Of a DNA stretch of 56,969 nucleotides, positions 16,271 to 25,848 are shown in pieces. This DNA is from Armatimonadia bacterium (GTDB lineage: Bacteria > Armatimonadota > Zipacnadia > Zipacnadales > UBA11051), in the NCBI GenBank assembly GCA_039683575.1, contig JBDKRC010000347.1, positions 1 to 56,969 on the forward strand. Reading direction: 5' to 3'. Under the pieces are notes generated by a model. The model saw only the letters and a program-made list of their open reading frames with translations. It ran no database searches and was not told where the DNA came from. Position 1 is the first letter of the stretch. Every line of letters begins with the position of its first letter. A program made the position numbers and the translations under genes.

Positions 16271-17575
16271 TCACTCCTTGTCCCGCAGGTCAATAATGCG
16301 CTTCGCCTTGCCGATACTGCGTTCGATGCTCTTGGGTTCGACCAGCTTCACCTTGACTGAGATTCCCAGCGTGGACTTGATGCGGCTGGCTATCTCGCCT
16401 TCGAGCCCCTCAAGCCCCTTGATGGTGTCCGAGAAGAACTGCGGCGTGATCTCCACCTGCACCTCGAGAGCGTCCAGATGGCCAACCTTGGTCAGCACAA
16501 GCTGGTACTGCGGCTCAACGCCCTTGATGCCGGTCAGGATGTGCTCGATCTGGCTTGGGAAGACGTTGACGCCGCGGATGATGAGCATGTCGTCCGTGCG
16601 GCCCGTGATGCGGTTGACGCGGGGGTGGGTACGACCGCAAGTGCAGGGCTCGTAGGTCAGGGCGCTTATGTCCCGCGTACGGTAGCGAATGACCGGGAAT
16701 GCGCGCTTGGTCAGGCACGTGAACACGAGCTCGCCGACCTCGCCCTCCGGCAGCGTTTCCTCAGTCTCAGGATCGATCACCTCGGGATAGAAGTGATCGT
16801 CGAAAACGTGCATATGCCCCTTGTTCTCGCACTCAGCAGCCACGCCCGGGCCGATGACCTCGGTGAGACCGTAGATATCATGAGCTGACAGACCCAGCTT
16901 GGTCTCAACTGCCTTCCGCGCGCCCTCGCTCCAGGACTCCGCTCCGAACAGCCCGGCCCTGAGCGGGATGTCATCCGGCCCCAGTCCCGCGTCTTCGGCG
17001 GAATCGGCCAGCGTCAGCGCGTAGGACGGCGTGCAGGCCAGCATCGTCGCTCCGAGATCGCGCATCATCATCAATTGTCTCTCAGTGTTGCCCGCGGACA
17101 TTGGGATGACGGTGCAACCGAGCGTCTCACCGCCATAGTGAATGCCAAGACCGCCCGTGAACAGGCCGTAGCCGTACGCAATCTGCAGGATGTCCTTGGT
17201 GGTGCCGCCGCCCATGGCGATGGTGCGGGCCATCGTCTGCGCCCAGATGTCCTGAATGTCACTCCTGGTATACCCCACCACGATGGGTTTGCCGGTGGTC
17301 CCGGAAGAGGCGTGGACGCGCACCACCTCATCCATCGGCGTGGCGAACATGCCGGTGGGGTAGGTATCGCGCAGGTCATTTTTGACCGTAAAGGGCAGCC
17401 GCCGCAAGTCATCCAGCGACCTGATGTCGTCCGGCGTCACGCCCACCTCCTGCCAGCGCTGGCGGTAGAAGGGCACCGCAGCCCACAGCCGTGCCAGTTG
17501 CTCGCGCAGGCGGAACAACTGCATTGCCCGCCGGTCAGCGACGTCCATGCATTCGTGTCTGGGGTCCCAGATCAT
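16271..17575 (-). CDS. paaK: Phenylacetate-CoA ligase
   Basis: HASSGTTGKP, YGLFTGGLG, DIYGLTEVIGPGVA, RYRTRD, GRTDDMLIIRGVNVFPSQIE, GKAKRIID. Confidence 0.95.
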   Translation of the reverse strand: MIWDPRHECMDVADRRAMQLFRLREQLARLWAAVPFYRQRWQEVGVTPDDIRSLDDLRRLPFTVKNDLRDTYPTGMFATPMDEVVRVHASSGTTGKPIVVGYTRSDIQDIWAQTMARTIAMGGGTTKDILQIAYGYGLFTGGLGIHYGGETLGCTVIPMSAGNTERQLMMMRDLGATMLACTPSYALTLADSAEDAGLGPDDIPLRAGLFGAESWSEGARKAVETKLGLSAHDIYGLTEVIGPGVAAECENKGHMHVFDDHFYPEVIDPETEETLPEGEVGELVFTCLTKRAFPVIRYRTRDISALTYEPCTCGRTHPRVNRITGRTDDMLIIRGVNVFPSQIEHILTGIKGVEPQYQLVLTKVGHLDALEVQVEITPQFFSDTIKGLEGLEGEIASRIKSTLGISVKVKLVEPKSIERSIGKAKRIIDLRDKE

Positions 17576-17620
17576 TGTCCTCGTCCTTAGGTGGTGTCGT
17601 CAGTCGATCAGAGTGGGATA

Positions 17621-19057
17621 TTACTCAAGTACTGTACTGGTAGAGTGCTTCTGGTGCCTGGCGATGATTTCTGATATCGGCGCCACAGGGATCGGCGCCT
17701 TGGAGAGCATCTCGCCCACGGTTGTCAGCCTCAGCCCGCGAGCCTGGGCGCCCGCGATCAGCAGCGGCAGCGCTCGTGCGCTTTCCATGCTGCCCTGATG
17801 CATCAGAATGATCGAGCCGGGCCGGAGGTCGCGCAAGCCATTCTCTGCAATTTGCTCTGCGGGAAGCTTCAGCCAGTCGTTGGTGTTATGTGTCCACAGT
17901 ACCACGCTGCAGTTCGCTGCCGTGGCCGCGCGCAGGACGTTGGGAGCGATGCCGCCACCCGGTGGGCGCAGCAGGTGCATCGTTTGCCCGCACACTTTCC
18001 CAACCGAGAGACCACAGGCCCTGATTTGCGCCAGCGCCTCTCCCTCGGGTACGTGGCTCAGACGCGGATGGTCGTAGGTGTGGTTGCCGATCTCATGCCC
18101 TTCGTCGGCCATGCGCCGCAACAGTTCCGGGCACTCCTCGACCTTCTCCCCAACCACAAAGAACGTCGCCTTGACACCGTGCTTGCGCAGAATATCCAGC
18201 ACGGCCGTGGTCACCAGCGGGTGGGGACCGTCGTCAATAGTCAGGGCCACGGAGTTGTCCGTCACAGGGATCGGGCCCACAACACGCGCCAGCGCTGCCG
18301 CTTTCAGCCGCGGGTCCTGTTCTGCTGCCCGGCGCAGTTGCTTCCAGCCATCCCGTACCGGCGCCGCACTCCAGGCGGTCTCCGGCAGTACCTTCGCCAC
18401 GTCTTGCAGCGACTGCCCCCCCGCGTAGCGCAGAAACTGCGGCGCGAAGCGCACCAGACCAAGCTGGCCAAGAACCTGTCGGGCAGGCAAGGGCTCAGCC
18501 ATCGCCCGCTCAAACTCCTCGCGGCTGGCCGAGAGCGAGAACACCGGCTGGTGCACCGGGCCATCGCGGCCCACTCCCGGGACCACCGACCACAGATCAA
18601 CCTGCCCAAGGTGCACCGGTGAGTCGAAAGCAACCCGCAGGGCACTGACGGCGTCCTCCTGCAGGTCATCGAGCCGGAAAACACCGCTCTTCGCATCGCC
18701 GGCCTGGAACTTGATCAACGCCAGGTTTCTGTCCTCCACCGATGCGACCGCAACCTTGAGTAGACGCTGCCGCAACGGTAGCGCCTCCAGGGCGCGCGCC
18801 AGGATCATCTCCTGCTCAGGTTCCAGACCCTTGGTAAGACCTTCTTCTGGAGTGTATAGAGAGGTAAACAGGGAGGAGGGGAGAGGCTCTGCGGCAGGTG
18901 CGTCAGCCGGCAGCAACTCATCAAACACATGCGGGGCAATATGCGATAGGCCCTTACCCAAAAGCTCGAGCGCCAGGTTGGTCATCGCCAGGCAGGGAGC
19001 GGTAGTGAGTGTGGCGATCAGTAACGTGGCCGCGAGAAGGGCGGTCGTGATGCGCAT
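17621..19057 (-). CDS. Secreted polysaccharide deacetylase (CE4/NodB) with unknown N-terminal domain
   Basis: ALTIDDGP, ATFFVVG, GHEIGNHTYDHP, LRPPGG, IILMH; signal peptide from ATG 19057. Confidence 0.92.
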   Translation of the reverse strand: MRITTALLAATLLIATLTTAPCLAMTNLALELLGKGLSHIAPHVFDELLPADAPAAEPLPSSLFTSLYTPEEGLTKGLEPEQEMILARALEALPLRQRLLKVAVASVEDRNLALIKFQAGDAKSGVFRLDDLQEDAVSALRVAFDSPVHLGQVDLWSVVPGVGRDGPVHQPVFSLSASREEFERAMAEPLPARQVLGQLGLVRFAPQFLRYAGGQSLQDVAKVLPETAWSAAPVRDGWKQLRRAAEQDPRLKAAALARVVGPIPVTDNSVALTIDDGPHPLVTTAVLDILRKHGVKATFFVVGEKVEECPELLRRMADEGHEIGNHTYDHPRLSHVPEGEALAQIRACGLSVGKVCGQTMHLLRPPGGGIAPNVLRAATAANCSVVLWTHNTNDWLKLPAEQIAENGLRDLRPGSIILMHQGSMESARALPLLIAGAQARGLRLTTVGEMLSKAPIPVAPISEIIARHQKHSTSTVLE

Positions 19058-19091
19058 GGACGATCCTTGTTCCCAGGGCTTACTGCGCAGT

Positions 19092-19120
19092 ATTTTACCA
19101 TCTTCAACTGCCATAGGCAA
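19092..19120 (-). promoter_or_regulatory. Sigma70-type promoter of the deacetylase (possibly extending to paaK-ACT)
   Basis: Minus strand TTGCCT-17 nt-TAAAAT with TG extended -10. Confidence 0.6.
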
Positions 19121-19218
19121 TATTCTCCCTCGCCTCAGGCTCGCCGGCGCACCGCCGGCACCTTCTCCAACGCCTCCTGGCAGGTGCGACGCGCCCTCAC
19201 GCCGAACTTGCCTTTGCC

Positions 19219-20283
19219 ATGACTCGTTCCTTCCACACCATTCGCGAACGTCTCGAAGCCTGGGAGCTTGAGCACCTGTCGCCGTATGCGGCCCAAAGCT
19301 CCCGCACCCGTGGACGGCAGGCTCCCGAGACGCCCGATGCGGTACGCACCGAATACCAACGCGACCGCGACCGCATCATCCACGCCTGCCGGGCCTTTCG
19401 CCGCCTCGCTCACAAGACCCAGGTCTTCATCGCGCCCAACGAAGACCATCTCCGCACGCGGCTCAGCCATACGCTTGAGGTCTCGCAGATCGGGCGCACG
19501 ATCGCCAAGGCGCTACGTCTCAATGAAGAGTTGACGGAGGCCATTGCGCTCGGCCACGACGTGGGCCACACGCCCTTCGGACATTCGGGCGAACGCGCCC
19601 TGGCCGAGGCCTACCGGCGCTACGACCCCGAAGCCTACTTCAACCACTACGAGCACAGTCTGCGGGTGGTTGACGAACTCGAGCGCGACGGCTCAGGGCT
19701 CAACCTCACCTACGAGACCCGCATGGGCATTCTGAGTCACAGCAAGGGCGAGTCTGATCTCGAGCGCGTCCTCTCTGAGCCGAACCTCAGCCTCGAGGCC
19801 ATGACCATCCGCCTCGCCGACCGCATCGCCTACCTCAACCACGATCTGGACGATTGCCTGCACATTGGTATTCTCGACCAGTCTGAGGTGCCCCCGGATT
19901 GTCTGCAGGTGCTGGGCTATCGCCATTCGCAGCGTGTAGGACGGATGGTGACTGACATCATCGAGCAAAGCCTCGATCAGCCACGCCTGACTATGAGCAA
20001 TGAGTTCATCGTGGCCACCGACGCTCTGCGCCAGTTCATGTTCGAGCAGGTCTACCTGAGCCCCAGTCTGCAGGTCGAGTACCACAAGGTCAAGGGCATC
20101 ATTGACGGACTGTTCGAAGTCTACATGACGAGCGACCCGGCCCTCTTCGAGGCCATCGGCTTCGTACCCGACGCCGCAAAGACCCGCGCCCGCCTCGTGT
20201 GCGACTACATCGCGGGGATGACCGACCGCTTCGCCCGGGCCCAGTACGTCAAGCACTTTCTGCCGTCTGGCTACCCGCTATAG
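19219..20283 (+). CDS. dgt: Deoxyguanosinetriphosphate triphosphohydrolase (HD domain)
   Basis: RTEYQRDRDRIIH..AFRRLAHKTQVF, RTRLSHTLEV, GHDVGHTPFGHSGE, ADRIAYLNHD, DYIAGMTD. Confidence 0.95.
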   Translation: MTRSFHTIRERLEAWELEHLSPYAAQSSRTRGRQAPETPDAVRTEYQRDRDRIIHACRAFRRLAHKTQVFIAPNEDHLRTRLSHTLEVSQIGRTIAKALRLNEELTEAIALGHDVGHTPFGHSGERALAEAYRRYDPEAYFNHYEHSLRVVDELERDGSGLNLTYETRMGILSHSKGESDLERVLSEPNLSLEAMTIRLADRIAYLNHDLDDCLHIGILDQSEVPPDCLQVLGYRHSQRVGRMVTDIIEQSLDQPRLTMSNEFIVATDALRQFMFEQVYLSPSLQVEYHKVKGIIDGLFEVYMTSDPALFEAIGFVPDAAKTRARLVCDYIAGMTDRFARAQYVKHFLPSGYPL

Positions 20284-20301
20284 GCTCATCCGCCAGAATC
20301 G

Positions 20302-20334
20302 AACGGGCCGGAGGCATTGCCTCCGGCCCGTTTT
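20302..20334. terminator. Intrinsic terminator
   Basis: AACGGGCCGGAGGCA-T-TGCCTCCGGCCCGTT perfect stem followed by further T residues. Confidence 0.85.
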
Positions 20335-20373
20335 GGTTCAGCTAATAGGGCATCGCTCGCCCGCCGCTGCAAG

Positions 20374-22074
20374 CTAGAACCCGATAGTGATCTGGCTCTG
20401 CAGCAGCTTGTTGTCCTTGGGGTAGAGCGGGTTGTGGCCGGACGCCTCTTCCTGGGCGTAGGTGAACGACATATCCGCGCCATGCGCCAGTGACTTGCGC
20501 AGGGTTATCGCCCACAGAGCGTCATAGTCCTCCGCCGCGAACTGCGACTCCCACCACCAACCGCTCAGCTTGTCGAGTTTGAAGTACGCGAGGTCAATCG
20601 GGAACTCACCGAGGTGGGTCTGCACATACCCGCCGAAGACCTCAAAGTTCGTCAGGGCGATGTTGTTGCGCAGCCAGCGTTCCCACGGGATGTGGTTCGG
20701 GTTGCCGGTTGTCCCCTCATATTGCTCAAAGTACGGGTGGAGGCTGGAGTAGATGACATCATACTCGGCATCAACGTGGCTGAAATATGCCGTGAGCGCC
20801 ACATCCGGCGTCTTCACGACATCGAGACTCAGCCCGTATGCCGTCGGCGGGTGGTGCAGCCCGAAGCGCACCCGGTTGACATGATGTGACTCTCGCGCCC
20901 ACTCGCCGTACAAATGCCTGTCGCCGCCAAGGTTGATCCACACGTCCGCGCCATAGACATCTTCATCGCCTGCTCCGTCGGGCAGGCCATTGAAGGCAAG
21001 CGACCACCGGGGGCGCTGGTAGGCCAGGCGGAAGGACGTGTAGCTGTCGTTGTCCCACCACGGCACGTCCATCGGCAACCAGTCATAGCTGGCGCCACCC
21101 CAGAAAGCGTCAAGGCTCAGGTTGTCCAGCAGGAAGCTCGGCCTGCGGTAGCGGATGCCCTGCTGCGAGCGGCGCTCGTTGTTGACCATCAGTCCCATGC
21201 CATAGCTCTGGAACTGCCGGCCCACGGTCCATTCGCCGTTCAGGAAGCCTCCGGTGTTGAAGGTGACGAAGGCCTCATCAATCCACAGTCGGTCGCGCCC
21301 ATAGCCGTACGTGAAGGGCCCGGGCGGGTTGAGAAAACTCGGTCCCTCGCCCGTCTCCGCTCCCAGAACCGTCAGCGGCACCAGCGAGTCCGAGAACTTG
21401 ACGGTTATCCGTCCGAACACGTCCTTGCTGAGATTGCCCTGTACGCCGACCTTGACTGTCAGCGCGTCGAACTCGTTATCAAAGTCCAGTTTGTCGCCCT
21501 GCAGGCCGATCCGGTAGTCAATCCACCCGAACGGGATGAAATCGTCCTTCTTGGCCTCGAGCGCATCCACCCGCAGGTCTACAGCCTCAACCTGGCGCGG
21601 TAGATCTTCGAGTTCATTCGAGATGACCGCCATCTCGTTCTTGAACTCGCCGGCGAGGCGGTTAACCAGCTGCTGAATCTCAGTCTCATTCAGTCCGGGC
21701 TCTCCCGGCGGCCCCGGCTCTCCCTTTGGTCCCTTTGCCCCGGGTTTTCCAGGCGCTCCGGGCGGTCCGGGGGGCCCTGGTGGTCCCGCAATGCCGGGCG
21801 CTCCCGTGTCCCCAAGCTCGCCCTTCACGCCGTTGCGGAACAGGTCCAGAAGCCGCGTCACCGCCATGGCGAACTCATACCGAGTAAGGGGTCTATCGCC
21901 GCGCCATGTCCCGTCGGGGTAGCCGATGATGATGCCGTAGCCAGAAAGCTGTTGGCAGGCGTCGTAGGCCCAGTGCTCAAAGGGAACGGTTTCCTGCGGC
22001 CGCGCGCCTTGTTGGGCATGCAAGACTGCAGGCAGAGAGAGGCATGCCATTAGCAGCAACAACCGCTTGTGCAC
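20374..22074 (-). CDS. SLH-domain outer-membrane porin (OmpM/SomA-like) with collagen-like stalk
   Basis: [34 protein letters not shown] domain, 16 Gly-X-Y triplets, coiled coil [17 protein letters not shown], beta-barrel ending in QITIGF. Confidence 0.9.
   Translation of the reverse strand: MHKRLLLLMACLSLPAVLHAQQGARPQETVPFEHWAYDACQQLSGYGIIIGYPDGTWRGDRPLTRYEFAMAVTRLLDLFRNGVKGELGDTGAPGIAGPPGPPGPPGAPGKPGAKGPKGEPGPPGEPGLNETEIQQLVNRLAGEFKNEMAVISNELEDLPRQVEAVDLRVDALEAKKDDFIPFGWIDYRIGLQGDKLDFDNEFDALTVKVGVQGNLSKDVFGRITVKFSDSLVPLTVLGAETGEGPSFLNPPGPFTYGYGRDRLWIDEAFVTFNTGGFLNGEWTVGRQFQSYGMGLMVNNERRSQQGIRYRRPSFLLDNLSLDAFWGGASYDWLPMDVPWWDNDSYTSFRLAYQRPRWSLAFNGLPDGAGDEDVYGADVWINLGGDRHLYGEWARESHHVNRVRFGLHHPPTAYGLSLDVVKTPDVALTAYFSHVDAEYDVIYSSLHPYFEQYEGTTGNPNHIPWERWLRNNIALTNFEVFGGYVQTHLGEFPIDLAYFKLDKLSGWWWESQFAAEDYDALWAITLRKSLAHGADMSFTYAQEEASGHNPLYPKDNKLLQSQITIGF
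21688..21831 (-). repeat. Collagen-like (Gly-X-Y)16 coding repeat
   Basis: [48 protein letters not shown]. Confidence 0.95.
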
Positions 22075-22158
22075 CAGCTTGTCCCTCCCGTCCCTGAATC
22101 ATACCGACGTGCCATACGTGTGCAGCAGGCTACATCATAGTGCGGGCACCGAGCCTCG

Positions 22159-25100
22159 TCAACATGATGTAGTTGAAGATCGTCCAGCCTCAAGAGCCGC
22201 AGGCACCGCCTTCAGCACCGCCTCCAGCCCCTGCGCCAGATCCTGCAGCCGGTATGGCTTCACGATGATGCCGTTGAAACCATACTCGCGGTAGTTGGCC
22301 ATTACCGGGTCATTGCAGTAGCCGCTACACGCCAGCGCCTTCACCTGTGGCCACATCTTCCGCAGTTTCGCCAAGGTCTCGACCCCGCCCTCCCCGCCCT
22401 TGATCGTCAGATCCAGGATTACCGCCGCAAATGGCTCGTCACCAGCCTGGTCCATGGCTGCCACTGCTTCCTGGCTGCTTTTCACTACCTCGGGGACATA
22501 CCCGAGCTGTTTGAGCATCGGGCTGACGACCTTGCGGATGAAGGCATCGTCGTCCATGACCAGAATCCGGCCAAAGCCCCGCGGCGCCTCACGTTCTTCC
22601 GGGGCCGTCGCGACCTCCCCCATGGTCGCAGGCAGCCAGAACCTGAAGCTGGCGCCCTGCCCTGGTGCGCTTTGCAGCGCGATGTGGCCGCCATGCTTGC
22701 GGATGATGGAATAGACGATCGTCAGTCCCAGTCCGGTACCGCTTTGTTTGGTCGTGTAGTACGGGTCGAAGACCTTCGTGGCGGTTTCCGGGGCGATCCC
22801 TGTGCCCTGATCCGTTACTTCCACTTCCACATACTTCCCCGGCGCCAGCGGGAGACTTGCGGGGGCGTCTATGTGCGCATTCGCCGCGTGCACTCGCACT
22901 GTCCCGCCACCGGGCATCGCCTGCTTGGCGTTGATCACGAGGTTGTTTACAACCTGCACAATCTGCCCCTCATCCGCCTCCACTGCCCACAGGTTCGGGG
23001 CAATTTCGACCTCCGCCGCCACGTTGGAGCCGCTCAGGGCGAAACTGGCGGTGTTGCTCAGCAGTTCCCCGAGGTAGATTGGCGTCTTGACCGGCGCGCC
23101 GCCGCGCGCGAAGGTCAGGAGCTGCTGGCTCAGATGGCGGGCTTGCAGAGCCACCTTCTCGGCGGCCCCAAGCTCAGTCAGGACCGCCTGAGCGTCGCCT
23201 GCTTCCCTTCGTGCCAGACCGATCTGCCCCAGGAGGGAGGTCAGCAGGTTGTTGAAATCATGGGCAATGCCGCCGGCCAAGAGCCCCAGCGACTCCAGCT
23301 TGTGCGCCTGGTGGACTGCCTCGCGTAGCTGCTCTTGCTCGGTGATGTCGCGAAATACCAGCACGACGCCGAGCATTCTGCCCTCGGCATCCGTGATTGG
23401 CGCCGCGGTCTCGGCCACCTCTCGCTCCTGGCCATCCCGCGCCCGCAGTCGCAACCCCGCCGACGGCTCCAGCGCCTGTCCTTCGGCCAACACCCGCGTC
23501 GCTGGATGGGGACGCTCTTTGCCCCTGGGACACCGGGTATGGTAGATGTCCTGCACTGGCCGGCCGATCGCCTCGTCCCGGCTCCATCCGCTTAGCGCCT
23601 CGGCCTCGGCGCTAAGCAGCGTGATGCGCCCTTCGATGTCGGTAGCGATCACGCCGTCACTGATGCTGCGCAGCGTCACCGCGAGGCGCTCCTTCTCCGC
23701 CGCCAGTCCTTCGACGGCCTCAGTCAGCTCCGTGACATCCATAACGGTCGCCGAGTAGAGCGCCTTGCCGGAATCGTCCCATAGGGGCGTGATGTTCACC
23801 AGTGCGGGGAAAATGCTGCCGTCTTTGCGCTTCCTGCGCTGGGGTTCGGCTACCAGGTGGCGCCGGCCCTTGAGTTTCCGCTCCAGATTGGCCACCATCA
23901 CGGCTTCGTCCGGATACAAGAGCCGCACCGACTGCCCCAGTAGCTCCCCGCGTTCGTAGCCGTGCATTCTCGCGTACGTTTCATTGCAGTACAGGATGCC
24001 ATACGACGCGTTCACGATCACGCTGCCGTAACTGGCCTGATCCGAGATGGTCTTGAACTGCTTTAGCTCCCTCTCCACCTGGGTGCGCAGTGTAGTGTCT
24101 GCAAACGAGGCCATCAGGCAGATCGGCTGCCCCTGCTCGTTGCGGACGACGTTGGCCGAAACCTCCACATGGAAGGTAGTGCCGTCCTTCCGTTGCGCCG
24201 GCCTCTCTCCCTGCCACGTCCCCGTGGTGCGGACGGCATTGATGATATCGTCGGCCTCTCCCGGGACCATGTACTCGCTGATGTGCCGACCGATGGTCTC
24301 ATCCTTGGTGGTGCCCCACAGCCGCAGATACGTCGGATTCACATACTGGATTATCCCGTCCAGCCCGGCGATGCCGATGGCGTTGATCGAGCTTTCCAGA
24401 GCGGATTCGCTGATCCGCAACTGCTGCTCCATCTCTTTGCGCGCCGTAATGTCATTGCCTACCGACAGCAACTCCAGGAACTCTCCATCCTCGTCAAGCA
24501 GCTCCCGGTTCGTCCACGACACCCACACCCGGCGTCCGTCGCGCGTCACGTTCTCGTTTTCAGAGTTGGCGTACCGTTCGGGGTCCTGCAGGAGATCGTC
24601 CACGAACGCCGCCATGTTGGCGCCATGCCCGTTAAGCTGCGGGACGATCGTGCCCACGATCGGCCGTCCCACCAGTTCCTCCTCGGTGTAGCCAAAGAAG
24701 TCCTGCGCGAACCTGTTGACGAACGTCATCCGCCCCTGCCGGTCCAGGCGCAGGATGATGCTGTTGGCATTCTCGACCAGTTCGCGGTACTGGCGCTCGC
24801 TCTTGCGCAACGCCTCGCGGGCCAGCCTGCGTTCAGTCACGTCCGAGAATGAAGCCATCATGCCTATGGGCTGGCCGTGCTCGTCCTTAATAGCGCTGCA
24901 GACCATGTGGTTCCAGCACATGGAACCGTCACGGCGCTGCGCATTCAGATCGCCCTCCCACGTGCCGGTCTCCTTGATTGACTGCATGATGCCCATAGCC
25001 CGTGGCGCGTCCTGGGCCACCTCAGACACATGCCGCCCCACGGCAAACTCCTTGGGGCACCCGGTCAGGCGCACAAAGGCATCATTCACATACGTGAAGA

Positions 25101-25539
25101 CCCCGTCGAGGTCGCTGAGGGCAATAGCCGACACTGAGGAATCGATCGCGAAGTTGCGCAGGTACAGCTCCTGCTGCGCCATTCGCAACTCCGTCGCATC
25201 GATGATCAGGCACGTGAGGCCTGCCACTGCGCCCTGCGAATCGAGTCTGAGGGATTTGTTGAGGATGGCGCTATGCGCCCCGCCCGATAGCTGCATCACG
25301 ACCGGGCAGACCTGAGGCTCTCCTGTCGCCAGAACCGCCTCGTCCCCCTGCTCCAGTGCCTCTGCCAGTTCCTCCGACACCAACTCACGAAGCCGCCGCC
25401 CGTAGAGCCGTTCGCGCTCCACTCCCAGCAGGTCGGCAAGAGCCTGGTTGCACCCCAGTACCCGCCCCTCAAGGTCCTTGTAGAGAAGCGGAACCGCAAT
25501 GGCGTCCAGGTGGTTGTCGGGCAATATGCTGTGCTGCAT
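22159..25539 (-). CDS. Soluble hybrid sensor histidine kinase with six PAS domains and a receiver domain
   Basis: Six PAS starts; H-box LAGGIAHDFNNLL; NLVINAKQAM, DQGTGI, FDPYYTTK, GTGLGL; receiver ILVMDDD..ILDL..SG..KP; no transmembrane segments. Confidence 0.95.
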   Translation of the reverse strand: MQHSILPDNHLDAIAVPLLYKDLEGRVLGCNQALADLLGVERERLYGRRLRELVSEELAEALEQGDEAVLATGEPQVCPVVMQLSGGAHSAILNKSLRLDSQGAVAGLTCLIIDATELRMAQQELYLRNFAIDSSVSAIALSDLDGVFTYVNDAFVRLTGCPKEFAVGRHVSEVAQDAPRAMGIMQSIKETGTWEGDLNAQRRDGSMCWNHMVCSAIKDEHGQPIGMMASFSDVTERRLAREALRKSERQYRELVENANSIILRLDRQGRMTFVNRFAQDFFGYTEEELVGRPIVGTIVPQLNGHGANMAAFVDDLLQDPERYANSENENVTRDGRRVWVSWTNRELLDEDGEFLELLSVGNDITARKEMEQQLRISESALESSINAIGIAGLDGIIQYVNPTYLRLWGTTKDETIGRHISEYMVPGEADDIINAVRTTGTWQGERPAQRKDGTTFHVEVSANVVRNEQGQPICLMASFADTTLRTQVERELKQFKTISDQASYGSVIVNASYGILYCNETYARMHGYERGELLGQSVRLLYPDEAVMVANLERKLKGRRHLVAEPQRRKRKDGSIFPALVNITPLWDDSGKALYSATVMDVTELTEAVEGLAAEKERLAVTLRSISDGVIATDIEGRITLLSAEAEALSGWSRDEAIGRPVQDIYHTRCPRGKERPHPATRVLAEGQALEPSAGLRLRARDGQEREVAETAAPITDAEGRMLGVVLVFRDITEQEQLREAVHQAHKLESLGLLAGGIAHDFNNLLTSLLGQIGLARREAGDAQAVLTELGAAEKVALQARHLSQQLLTFARGGAPVKTPIYLGELLSNTASFALSGSNVAAEVEIAPNLWAVEADEGQIVQVVNNLVINAKQAMPGGGTVRVHAANAHIDAPASLPLAPGKYVEVEVTDQGTGIAPETATKVFDPYYTTKQSGTGLGLTIVYSIIRKHGGHIALQSAPGQGASFRFWLPATMGEVATAPEEREAPRGFGRILVMDDDAFIRKVVSPMLKQLGYVPEVVKSSQEAVAAMDQAGDEPFAAVILDLTIKGGEGGVETLAKLRKMWPQVKALACSGYCNDPVMANYREYGFNGIIVKPYRLQDLAQGLEAVLKAVPAALEAGRSSTTSC

Positions 25540-25571
25540 GCGTCTCCCTGCAGATTGCCTTTACGGCGTAG

Positions 25572-25772
25572 TTAGGATTTCTTCTCGGCCTCTTCCTCGG
25601 GCTTGTCCACAAGCACTTTGCCACGCCCGCCGCAGTACGAACACCTCACGGTGCCCCAGTCCCGTGGCCCGCGTCCCGCGGCCCGCAGGCACACATCACA
25701 ACTCCGGCCACCGCTGCGCGTGCAGTTCTTCTTGCCCTTGCAGTGTGCGCAATCCTCAAGTGTCTTAGCCAT
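25572..25772 (-). CDS. Small cysteine-rich zinc-binding protein (DnaJ-zinc-finger-like)
   Basis: 66 aa; CAHCKG, CDVC and CSYCGGRG motifs; GAGGAGAGG upstream. Confidence 0.75.
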   Translation of the reverse strand: MAKTLEDCAHCKGKKNCTRSGGRSCDVCLRAAGRGPRDWGTVRCSYCGGRGKVLVDKPEEEAEKKS

Positions 25773-25806
25773 TTCTGTATCCCGCCTCTCCTCGTATGTC
25801 ATCCGG

Positions 25807-25840
25807 CTGTAGGGCGGGGGTTTGTACCCCCCGGCCGTTA
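25807..25840 (+). repeat. GTAG-type REP, family A
   Basis: CTGTAGGGCGGGGGTTTGTACCCCCCGGCCGTTA; homologous copies at 29590, 30277 and 47586. Confidence 0.8.
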
Positions 25841-25848
25841 GTTGCCCT

